From NCBI RefSeq assembly GCF_009914755.1, contig NC_060937.1: a stretch of 64,000 bases of DNA. The stretch is one strand, 5' to 3'. The position numbers and the translations under genes are program-made. The stretch's first letter is position 1. Every line of letters starts with the position of its first letter. This document shows, piece after piece, positions 36,007 to 48,250 of the stretch. Source of the DNA: the human T2T-CHM13v2.0 reference genome, Homo sapiens. The notes under the pieces are model-generated. The model made no database searches, was not told the DNA's origin, and worked only from the letters and a program-made list of their open reading frames with translations.

Positions 36007-36077
36007 CTTGTCAAACAACGGATGCAAATCCACCTAATGTTGCTAGGATCCTTACCTCAGTAGCGCTTGAAAGGCAG

Positions 36078-36334
36078 TGCCTGCAGCTGCAGGAAGATGT
36101 ATGGGAACAGACACAAAAACTCTCCCTCCCAGATAAGCAAGACAGAGACACAGAAACATTCCAAGCCTGTGATAAGCTCTCTTGCCCTAAACTCTTAAAT
36201 ATTCTTAGTCTGTAAAACAGTGCTCCTGACCTCACTCGGCCAGAAGCCCCTCTCAGGTTTATTCTCCACAATAACCCGGCCTTTGACTGTTGAGCTGCTT
36301 TTTGTGTTTCTTTCTTCCTTCTTCACCTCTTACA
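36078..36334 (+). mobile_element. Short ERV LTR (3' half only, subfamily not determined)
   Basis: TG...CA ends flanked by the direct repeat GGCAG. LTR-like text 'cccagataagcaagacagagacacagaaacattccaagcc...gccagaagcccctctcaggttt...ctcttaca'. Confidence 0.65.
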
Positions 36335-38484
36335 GGCAGCCCTCTCATATTCAGTATCTCATAGCAAGAAGCCTCCATACTTCCACTCCAGTGGTAAAAC
36401 AGTCCTCCATTCCAATTGGTGGATGCCTTTGAAGTATCAACTGTTGAATATTTTGCAGTAGGTAAGGGAGGGTACTAGGGAGAATTAGGATTACTGTGCT
36501 TAGTATTACACAGCTCATGGATACATGTAAGTTACTGGGTTCCTTACTAAAATCAGTTTTTTGTTGTAAAAGAAGAAAGAGGAAATGAATGGTGACTAGA
36601 GTATCTACTACAACAAGCAATATAAAAGCCCTCATTATATGTGTAACAATAAGAACTGTCTTTTATAGGTGAGGCTTCCCAAGGAATTCCTGCATGCTCT
36701 ATTAATAACTTAAAGGACTAGCTACCTAGCCACAGAAGAAAGCTGCCCTATTCCTTGCAAGTTACCACTTATCATATTATTCAATAATTGTTCTTCTGGT
36801 TATTGTTGTTGTCAAAATATAGATACATTCCTTATGAATACACACCTAACCCTAAACCCTGAAATATGTAAGACTAGTCTTAAAATCCAGCAAGACTTCA
36901 CTGAGAACTTGAGAAGCACAAACAGGAAGCAATGTAGGGAATTTTCAAGAACAACAAAAACATGAAACAAAATGTGTATCCTAGACTCTATCCAAGACAC
37001 AATTGTCATTGACTTATTGTTCCTTAGACTCCTGGCTATTGTTCAGTTATAGGAGTCAGTTTCCTTTTAACTGGGTGAAATTCCTCAATCATCTCCCCTT
37101 GGAACTAGAGCCTAGTTTCTCAACTGCCCTTTCACTCTAAGTGAGGAAAAAAATAAACAAACTCTTTAATCTCTTGCATAATTCTATAAAATAGACTTCA
37201 ATATTATCATAATAATAATCTTGCTGCAAGGAGGCAATTTTGCCCAGAGGGAAACAATTTTCGACATTAATATGCAGAACAATTTGGTATTGTTTTAAAA
37301 CCTTATTTCAATTAAAAAATGTTTCTTTCTCACTTCTATCACCAAAGGCCCATTTAAGTGATTCCCATATTCCCACTTTCTCCAAAAGTTAAACTTCACC
37401 CCAACAAACTTTGTCTCTAACTAGAAAAACTTTGGAATTACATTTCTTCGAGTTATCAATTATTCGATATTGGAGCCCAGTCTCAGAAGACTGTTTGTAA
37501 CAGTGCCTTATAAAATATCTCTAAAATTAGTCTTTTCAGCAGAATATAGCATATAATTCAACTGAAACATAGTCAAACTGAAGGAGCCTTAAGGTGATAT
37601 TCAACATGGTTGAAAATATAAACAGTTTTGTTTACCCTCAGCACCAGAAAATGATCTTCAATAGATCTATTTTCAGTATCCTGCGAAATATACCAGAAAT
37701 GCCTCCCTCACCCAACCCACATGCTTAGGACTAAATGAAGACAACAAACAAATTTGTTGGGAATGAATCTGTGTGCCAAATTCATAAGTTTGAAATATTA
37801 ATAAAATAAATTTTCCTATTTTGTGATCCTGCTTGCTCCCTTGCTCATTTTAACAGAACATCATGAAGTGTTCCATGCTCATTGCTCCAGGGAAAGATAA
37901 GTGAGTCTAAAGAAGTCTAATTTTTGAATTTCACATAATTCGTCTTTGAGGAAAGTGGACATAATTCAGGGCATAAACAATAGGCTTTTGGAGACAGACA
38001 TGAAAGAACAGGTGATTGCAATGCCTCTTCAGACTGGGAAAGGAATGCCTAAGTTGAAGGTAAGAGATGAGCATGGATGCATAGTGGGTAGATCAAAACA
38101 TATTTCTGCAAAAGAAGTTATCATTTTCCTGTTCCACAATCCAGGTCGAAGAGGGATGAAAACACCCCTGAAAGTGTACAATTTAAAAGAGTCAAGGCAA
38201 TATAGATTTTGCTTTTCATGTAGAACTAGAGAGTGGGAGGCAAGAGCTAGAAATCTCAAGAAAAAAATCAATGGCTATATGAATAACCTAAGTAGATGAT
38301 CTTAAACAGTCTCATATGGTTTCTAGGCAGAAGTGTGAGAATGATTTCTTTCAATGGGACTTTGAGGATTAAAATGAAGGATGATTCAATGGCATCCCAT
38401 ATGCACTGATGACTAAGGACATGACAGGATGATGAATGTTTTAGTAAATACCATCATGGACAGATGATGATGAGAACCAGATGG

Positions 38485-38860
38485 CACAGTTTCAACAACA
38501 AGTAACAAACAATCCAGCTGTCAATGACTTAAGCAATAAGGGCATTCTTTACCTCACGTAACAAGGATTCAAGGGGCCTGATTACTTTAGAAGCACAATG
38601 ATGTCATTAGGATCCTGGAGGGTTTTTGTTCATATTCCTCCCAGTTAACTTTAGGTGTTCAGCTTTAGTTCTGTCTTTCCCTCAAGCATCATTAGATACC
38701 TACCATTGATTCTTGGCAACATATTCACTACACTGCCTCCAAAAAAAGGAGGATACATTCTCCTTGAAAAATATTTTTGTATAAGGGAGAGAAAAAAAAA
38801 ACACTTGCCTGGACACCTAATGTCGTCTTCCTATTTGTATTTTAGAGACCATGACTAAAG
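38485..38860. mobile_element. Old ERVL-class LTR (LTR33-like)
   Basis: 'acaagtaacaaacaatccagc...gacttaagcaataaggg...ctcacgtaacaag...caatgatgtcattaggatcc'. Confidence 0.5.
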
Positions 38861-38947
38861 CTAGGTGAAATGCCTAAAGCTAGTCAACTGTCCTTGACTT
38901 TCTGTCATTTTCTGGCCTCTATAAAAGAAAGTATTTGTATTTTTTAA

Positions 38948-39437
38948 TGTGATGATTAGTCAGGCATGATCACAAGAGGAGACACAGGAAAGGCTTAAGT
39001 AAACAACATTTATGATACTCACCTAGAGACAGGTGGCATGAAATGTGGTGACGGGCAAGTAGGAAAGACACCAAGGTGCTCAGGAGGCAGAAGAGAAGAA
39101 AGAGTGGGGAAGTGCTTAGGCCATGGACTTATCAGGAGTTTACTAGAGAAAGTCAGGGCAGGGCAGGGAAAACAGCTTAGGATTGGTTAGCTTGAATAAT
39201 TTTAGCAGGATTTAAGCTATAGGGGTAGTCTCTAGTTGCCTGGCACCTGGTCCTGCGATAATTAAGGAATATTGCCTCTTGGGGTGAGCAGGTCAGATAG
39301 TAGAGACATTATTGGTTTGGTTAGGGTGCACATCAAAGTCATGCTTCTGGCTGGGCCTTTTGCAATTTTTAAGAATTGACTAGCTTATGGAGAGGTGGTC
39401 TCTTCCCAGCTACAAGGTTTTTTAAAGATCTCAAAAC
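38948..39437 (-). mobile_element. ERVL LTR (MER76-like)
   Basis: 'gcagggaaaacagcttaggattggttagcttgaataatttt...gctataggggtagtctctagttgcctggcacctgg...aggaatattgcctc'. Strand assignment is tentative. Confidence 0.65.
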
Positions 39438-39438
39438 A

Positions 39439-39580
39439 GGGCCTGGTGTAGTGGTGGCTCATGCCTGTAATACCAGCACACTGGGAGACTGAAGCAGGAT
39501 AATTCGTTTGAGCCCAGGAGTTCAAGAACACCCTGGGCAACATAGTGAATCCCCATCTCTGTAAAAACAAACTCAAAACA
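39439..39580 (+). mobile_element. Alu monomer (FLAM or AluJ left arm)
   Basis: Single arm 'gtggctcatgcctgtaataccagcac...gagcccaggagttcaagaacaccctgggcaacatagtgaa' followed by an A-rich tail. Confidence 0.9.
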
Positions 39581-39757
39581 TAATAATATACAGAATATTA
39601 ATATCATGAATAATTATTATGCATAATATAAAAAATATATATATAAGCACACAAATAGGCAGTGAACTCTTTCAGCAGGAAGAAAAGATGAAAGAGTTTC
39701 GGGAAAGGGGAAGAATGTGTGTTTGGCACACGAAATAGGAAAAACAGAAAAACAAAC

Positions 39758-40080
39758 ACCTATCAGGTTGCAATGAGAACATAGCATTATTTTTGTGATA
39801 TTCTTATCAAAAATGCATAAAATGAATCTAAAATGTAATCATGAGGAAATATCCGATAAGTCAAAGTTAATAAACGTTGGATGAAATAACTGCCCTACAA
39901 TCTTCAAAATCTGAGAACTGTCCTAGACTGAATAACACTGAAGAAGTACCATAATTAAAACTATATATGATCTTGAATGAGCTTATTCCATTATTGGAAC
40001 ATTTGATAAAACTGGTATGGGATTTGAGAGTTAAATGGCGTACTATCATAGCACAAATTTCCTAATCTTGATGCCATAGG
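39758..40080 (+). mobile_element. L1MC4/5-like 3'UTR fragment
   Basis: 'gcaatgagaacatagcattatttttgtgatattcttatcaaaaatgcataaaatgaatcta...atcatgaggaaatatc'. Confidence 0.55.
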
Positions 40081-41094
40081 CTTTGTCAATACCACATAGA
40101 AAGGTCTTTTCTTGCAGCATAACGGAGAATCCAGGCATGAAGATGACTAATTTCCTTTAGCCACTGTTTGAGGAACTGCTCAGAAATGTAATCACTATGA
40201 TGAAGAGAAAGACCTAGAAATTACTAAAGTTTATTGATCATTCATTTTAAAAAATAGCATTTACATAGTTTATCATGCATAGACATTCTTTGTAAGGCAA
40301 TTACTTCTGGGGAGGGGAATTGGCTGACTAGAAACAGGGGAATAGAGAGATTTTTATGCTGTACCCTTGACTTGTATACTATGTGCAGGCATTGTCTATT
40401 CACAAGAATAAATAAGAATTTATTGGTTTATTAATAAATCAATAAATTTATTAATTATTAATCATGATTTATTTATTCCTGTGAATAACAAAATGAATGA
40501 ATGAATGAAAATATTTCATTATGTTTTAATGTACCTATGATGCAATAGGGGACCACTGTCTCCCAACTTTCTGGTTGGTAGAGAAAATGGATTTCTAAGC
40601 AGGGGACTGAATGATCAGAAAGGCAAAAAATGTTCATATTTCTCCTCTCAAGTTCAGTTTATTGAGTTCACAGATATTAAACTGTTGGTAAGTTGTCTTC
40701 AACCCATTTTCACAAGCCTTAGGATTAGGATATATTCTGTCCAAATTCTAATACTCTGCTGTCTGTTAGTTTTAGCATTGTATGTTGTTAAATATTTTCT
40801 ATTTTAGGGAGTCACTATGGGTATTTTAGAGAAATGCTGGGTAACTATGCATCAGAAGCTTTTATACATCACCAGATGCTATTATACATCAAAAGCCGCA
40901 GATGCACACATATTTGAATTGCAAACTGAAAGCAGCTAACCCTAAGTTTTAAGGTTTGCAATAACAAAAATCTTAAGTGATTTTATAAAGAACAACTCCA
41001 AAATGTAGAATATAATCATCAAATGTTAATGAACATAAATAAAGTGAACAGTATATATAAAACAATGTACAATAAAATAGCTATATAGCTTTTT

Positions 41095-41388
<294 letters not shown>

Positions 41389-44065
41389 CTATATACCTTT
41401 TAAATGACGTTCCAAATGCTTTATAACATCCTAGCTTCAAATAACAAAAGACTACGAGTAGTGAATATTCTATATATTGATTCAGATATACAAACACTGA
41501 TTTAAGTACACACAGATTCTCTTCAAATATGAGTAATATAGCAATATGCTTCCTGCTATTCTAAAAAATCAAGATTCATAGGATCTACCACTGTCACTTA
41601 ATATCTGTATCAGTAAGAGGATATTAATGACAGGGCAGCCTAACTTATGAGATGTAATGAGCGTAAAAATAAATTTAACATATAATTTTGCAACTGTCTT
41701 TTTAAATTATTCTGTGAATACATATGATGATATAAGAAATAGAAAATACTGTGAAAAATTTTGTGGAAATTACAAAATAAAAAATATTATCAGATAAATC
41801 TATTTTCAGTTTTTTGTAAAAATATTTTCTCATAGTTATTAAAATGTGTACCTCTACAACTCAAGAATACCTCACTTATATTCTTGTTTTTCTTTCAATG
41901 ACATATTCAAAGAATTTAACAGGTATGACCAATTTTTCATCATAAAAATTGTTGACCAATCTATAACAAGTTATTTTTCCTTTTTTATTGTGATAAAAAT
42001 AAACACTATAAAATTTACCATCATAGCCACTTTTACGTGTACAGTTCAGTAGTGTAAATTATATTCACATGGTTGTGAAACAGATTCAAACTTTTTCATC
42101 CCACAAAACTGAAACTCTATACCTTTTAAACCACAATTCCCCTTTTTTTTCCACCCATTTCCTAGTAACCTTCATTCTACTTTCTGTTCTGTTAATTTGA
42201 CTACTTTAGATAGTTTATATAAGTGGAGTCAAGCAGTATCTGTCTTTCGGAGGCAGGTTTATTTCACTTAACATATTTTCCTCAAAGTTTATCCATGTTG
42301 TAGCATGTGAGAGAATTTCCTTCCATTTCGTGGCTGAATAATACTGTATTGTATGTATACATCACATTTTGTTTGTTCATTCCTCTGTCAATGAACATTT
42401 GGGTTGCTTCTGCGGAGTTCTGTGAGATTCCATAAACATTTTAGGATTTTGTTTTCTATTTCTTAGAAAATGCCCTTGGGAGTTTTATAGGGATTTGGTT
42501 GAATCTCCAGATCACTTTGGGCAGTATTAACATCTCAACAATATTAAATCTTCTCAGCCATGAACATTTGATCTTTCCATGGATTTTTGCTTTCCTTTCA
42601 TTTCTTTCAGCAACATTTTGTAGTTTTGAGCATCCAAGTCTTTCACTTCCTTGGCTAGGTTTATTCCTAAGTATTTCATACTTTTTGATGCTATTTTAAA
42701 TTAATTTTTAAAAGTTTTTTTATTATTTATTTATAGTGGATAGAAATAAAACTGATTTTTGAGTGTTCATTTTTTAACATGCAGCTTAGCAAAGATTTTA
42801 TTACTTCTAACAGTTTTTTGTGGAATCTTTATGGTTTTCTATATGTGAGATCATGTAGTCTGTGAACAGAGCTAACTATTTCTTCCTTTCCAATTTGGAT
42901 GCGTTTTTAAAAATTGCCTAATTACTCTGGCTAGGACTTCCCATAGAGGCTGAATAGCAGTGGTAAGAATGGGCATCCTGATCTTAGAGAAAAATCTTTT
43001 TAGTCTTTCCTTATTGAGTATATTGTTCCCTATGGGCTTTTTATACATGGCTTTTACTATGTTGAGGTAATTTCCTTCTATTCCTAGTTGAGTGATTTTA
43101 TCATGGAAGAATGTTGAATTTTGTCAGATGCTTTTTATGCATGAAATTAGATAAAGATGTGGTTTTCATCCTTCATTCTACTAATGTGGGGTACTACACT
43201 GATTTATATTTGTATGTTGAAACATACTGCATTCCATATATAAATTCCATTTGGATGTGATGTATAATTCTTTTTAATGTGTTGTGGAGTTTGATTTGCT
43301 AATATTTTTGCTTAGGATTTTTGCACCTATAATCATCAATTATATCGGTCTGTAGTTTTGTTTTGTTTTTTCTTGTAGCGTCTTTCTCTAGCTTTGGTAT
43401 CAGGATAATGCTGGCCTCTCAGAATGAGCTTTTGGAAGTAATCTCTGCTCTTCAAGTTTTTGGAAGAGTTTGAAGATAAACGATGTTAACTCATCTTTAA
43501 ATATTTGATGGAATTATCCAGTGAAGACATCTGATCCTAAACTTTTAAAAATTTTCTATTATTCATGATTTAGTCCTTGTACATTGTATGTTTCATTTAC
43601 TACAGGTTAACCAATTTGATGGCTTACGGTTGTTTATGGTTGTCTCATAATTCCTTTTAATGACTCCTCTTTCATTTCTGGTTTTAATTATTTGGGTCTT
43701 CTCTCTTTGTTGATTACTTAATATAGGGCTTGCCAATTTTGTTGATCTTTCTAAAAAAATCCTTAGTTTTGTTTTTCTATCACTTCTCCATTTCATTTAT
43801 TTCTATTCTAATATTTATTATTTTATTTCTTATAATAGCTTTGTGTTTTTTATTTTTTTTCCTTTTTCGAATTCCTTGCAATGTAAGTTTTGTTGCTGAC
43901 TTGAAATCTTTCTTGTTTTTAAAATATACTTGTTATACTTGGTACTGCTGGGCTGCATCACTTAAGTTTTAGTAGGTTGTGGTTTGGGTTTCATTTATCT
44001 CAAGGTATTTTCGAATTTTTCTTGGCTGCTTCTTTAACCCATTGGCTGTTTAAAAGTATGTTCTT

Positions 44066-44320
44066 GGATGGATGTGGTGGCTCACGCCTGTAATCCCAGC
44101 ACTTTGCGGGGGCTGAGGCAGGCAGACCATGAAGTCAGGAGTTCAAGACCAGCCTGGCCAACATGGTGAAACCCCGTCTCTACTAAAATACAAAAATTAG
44201 CCAGATATGGTGGTAAGCACCTGTAGTCCCAGCTACTCAGGAGGTTGCAGTGAGCCAAGATCGAGCCACTGCACTCCAGACTGGGTGACAGAGTGAGACT
44301 CCATCTCAAAAAAAAAAAAA
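44066..44320 (+). mobile_element. Alu (AluS-like) with a right-arm deletion
   Basis: 14-bp TSD AAAAGTATGTTCTT at 44052-44065 and 44321-44334. 'ctactcaggaggttgcagtgag' lacks the usual roughly 35-40 nt. Confidence 0.96.
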
Positions 44321-44709
44321 AAAAGTATGTTCTTTAATTTTAATTTTATATATTTGTGAATTTCTCTGCTTTCCTTGCTTTCCTTGTGCTATTCATATCT
44401 AGTTTCCTTGTGCTATTGATGCCTAGTTTCATTTACCTTGTACTATTGATGTCTGGAAAAGATACTTAGTACTATTTCAGTCTTTTAAAATCTATTAAAA
44501 CATTGTGGTCTAAATTGTGGTCTGTTGTAAAAAATGCCCATGTGTTCTTGAAAAGAATGTATGTTGTGCTTTTTGGTGGTGGTGGAGAGGGGGTAATTAG
44601 TGTTCTGCATATGTCTCTTATATCTAATTGGTCTGTATTGTTGTTAACGTTCTCTGCTATATTATTTATCTTCGGTCTGCTTGTTTTATCCATTACTGAA
44701 AGTAGGGAG

Positions 44710-45049
<340 letters not shown>

Positions 45050-46539
45050 CTATTTCTCCTTCAATTTTGTCAAAATTTGCTTTATATTTTGGAGGCTTTG
45101 ACATTTGTTGCATAAATATTTATAATTGTTATATATTCTTGATGAATTGACACTTTTATCATTATATAAGTTCTTCTTTGTCTCTTCAAACAGATTTTGA
45201 CTTGAAGTTTATTTTTCTGATATTGTTATATCCACCTCTGTTCTTTTGTTATCTACCATTTGATAGGGATATCTTATCTATGTTCATCTTTTTGCTTTCA
45301 GCTTCTGTGGGTCCTCAGATCTAACGTATGTCTTACAGATAGCATAGAGTTGAATCTTCTTTTTAAATCCATTCAGCCAACCTTTCTTTTGATTGAGTAG
45401 CTAATCTATTTACATATAATATAATTATTAATAGAGAAAGACTCTTGTCATTTTGTTAATTGTTTTTTCTGTTTGTTTTACAACTTCTTTGTTCCTTCTC
45501 TCCTCTTGTACTGCCTTTCTTGTGTTTCATTGATATTTATTGTGACATGCTTTAATTTCCTTCTCATTTCATTTTGTGTATATTTGGCTAATACATTTTT
45601 TGTGGTTACCATTGCAATTACAAAACCATTTTAAAGTTATAACATTCTATTTTAAGCTAATAATAACTTTATGTTAAGCTAATAATTTTAATTACCTAGA
45701 AAAACTGTACTCCTTTACAACTTCATCCCATACTGTATATTATTAATGAAACAAATTATAACTTTACATGTTATATAACCATTAGCACAGATTTATAGTT
45801 TTTCACAATGATTTTGTCCTAATTTTATTTAAGAATTAAAAATGACCAAAGTTGCAATAATATAAGGTTACTATTTTTGTCCATGTTTTTATATTTTTTT
45901 CAACAACTTCGTAGAACAGGTCTAATTGTAGTGAACTTTCTCAGATTTTATTTATCTGGAGTAGTTTTAATTTTTCTTCAGTTTGTAAGACATAGCATTC
46001 TTGTTTGTAGATTTTATTAATTTATTTATTTTTCTTTTCTTTTAGTCCTTTGAATATATCATCTTCTCAGGAGAAATCTTGAAAGCCAGAGAGGAGAGGG
46101 TTAATATATTTAATCTTTTGGAAGCTTCCTTATAATGAAATACTTTTATCTTGCTTTCACAAGTCTCTTTGTCTTTGACAATTGGATTATAATATGTCTT
46201 TATGTGGGGATCATCAGTTTTATTCTAATTAAATTACATTGAGCTTCTTAAATTTTTATTACGATTTCTTTACTCAAAATTGGGACTTCTTTGGCCTTCG
46301 TATCTTCCAGTGAACTTTCTTATTATTTCTCTATTTTTTCTCCATCTGGGACTTATATAATGACTATATTTGTTGGCTTGATAGTTTCCCATAATTCCCT
46401 TACACTCTATTTTTCTTTGTTTTTTTGCTTTTTGCTTCTCTTATTTAGTAATTTCAAATGGCCTGTTTTTAGGTTTGCTGATTCTTTCCTCTGATCAAGT
46501 CTAGTGTTGAATCTCTGTAGTGAATTTTTTTAGTTCAGT

Positions 46540-46760
46540 TTGAGAATTATAAAACTCTTGGAACATGATAACTCTATCCAAACCTCTGTGTTAAGAGACT
46601 TGAACAAGCTCTAGCATAGTTTCTAGCAACATAAGATCTTGTTCCTAAAATGACTCCAGCTCCCTACACCATTAAAATCTCTGCCTGCTGCTGCTGTCAG
46701 AAATTTCTGAATAAAATCTGTTTTTACCACTTTAACCACTTTAGCTGTGCTTAAATAAGT
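46540..46760 (+). mobile_element. Internally deleted ERV1-like LTR fragment inside the L1
   Basis: 'gacttgaacaagctctagcatagtttctagc...cctaaaatgactccagctccc' joined to 'AATAAAatctgtttttaccactttaac'. Confidence 0.4.
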
Positions 46761-47699
46761 TATAGTATTTAAAAAAATAGATTATTTTGTACAAATAATT
46801 TTTTACTAGTTACCGAATTTTTCAAGACTATATTTCATTTGGTTCTTTTTAAATAGTTTTTCTTTGCTGATATTCTTACTTTATACATGTACCATTTTTC
46901 TTATTTTAATTAGATATACAATGCTGCAGCTCTAATGTGCTCTAATTGCAGCTCTAATGTGCTACGTTGCCCATTTTCAGCAGCTTCCAAACTGTTGTGG
47001 ACTAAGTCATGTGAGACAGAAACCTGTCCTTCATGCAGCTCCCAGTAAAGTCAGAATGTTAGGAGCTCAATGAACTCTACTCTTTTTCTATCCTAAGGGC
47101 GGACTCCTGGCATGGGAAGTTTCCTCCCAGTTGCACCTCACTGCGACACATCAAATGAGGGGCATGGACAGGCATGCAAATATCACAAATAATCTCACCC
47201 CGTTTTCTGGGAAGCTTTCTTGATTTTATGTTGACCTGGGTACTATAGCTTTCCAACTAGTCCAACTAGTTCTCACAAAGGTACTCTAATTTGTTTAATT
47301 TTTTTTTAATCTCAATTTATCTACTGGGGGATATAAGCCTAAAGCTTCCTAGTTTTTCGTCTTATCAATGTCTTCCCTTTTACTCCTTTTTGTTTAAGTG
47401 ACTTTTGATTTTTTTAATTATAAATTCATATGAGTATCAAGTTGAAACGTTAAAACATTTCAAATGAAAAGCGAACATAGTTGAATTTTTTAAATGTATG
47501 ACGGTGAAAAGAATTAAAATTATGATTTTTTTTCTCAATGGCAATAGATAATTTTTATCTATTATAAAATGATGAGTATGGTCTTTACATAATATAAACT
47601 AAAGAAATATGTTGAAAAATATAAAAGTCACTCAAGCACAGCACTGTAAGATGATCTGTTCATTATGTAGGGATTTTGCTCTCTATATTTTTTAACAAT

Positions 47700-48250
47700 A
47701 TACAGTTTTTTTGCAATGTATCCTAATTAATACTTTTCTCTTTGTCTTTTGGACTAATTTTACCAGTCATCTTTATCTCGAAGAACAATATATTGAAGGC
47801 ATTGTTTCCATGTCAATATATGCAGATGTTCATCTTTATTAATAATGACTAAACAGTACTCATTGTGTGGATATATAATTATATGATCCACCTATTAATA
47901 GATTTTTTCCTTTCCCTCTGAATTTTACTAAAATAAACAAAACTAATAAGAGATAACATTATATATATCTTTATACAATTGCTCAAATGTTTTCTTAAGA
48001 AAATTACCGGAGGAGGACTTTTAAAGTTAAAAGGAATATATACTAAATATATTCAAAAAATTACAGTCCTAAAATGTCTCATCAGTTTACTTTCCTATTT
48101 GAAAGTTGGAGTATTATTTGTTCTTTCATACCTATCCCAATAATGTTACATATCAATTATTTTGGTGCTTGAAAAATAATTACTTTCAATTGACATTTAC
48201 TTTATTGTCCTTGATTTAAGACATATTTGCATAAGTTTTAGTGAATGTTC
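47700..48250 (-). mobile_element. Degraded L1ME 3'UTR
   Basis: 'ttccatgtcaatatatgcagat...taatgactaaacagtactcattgtgtggatatataatt'. Confidence 0.45.
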
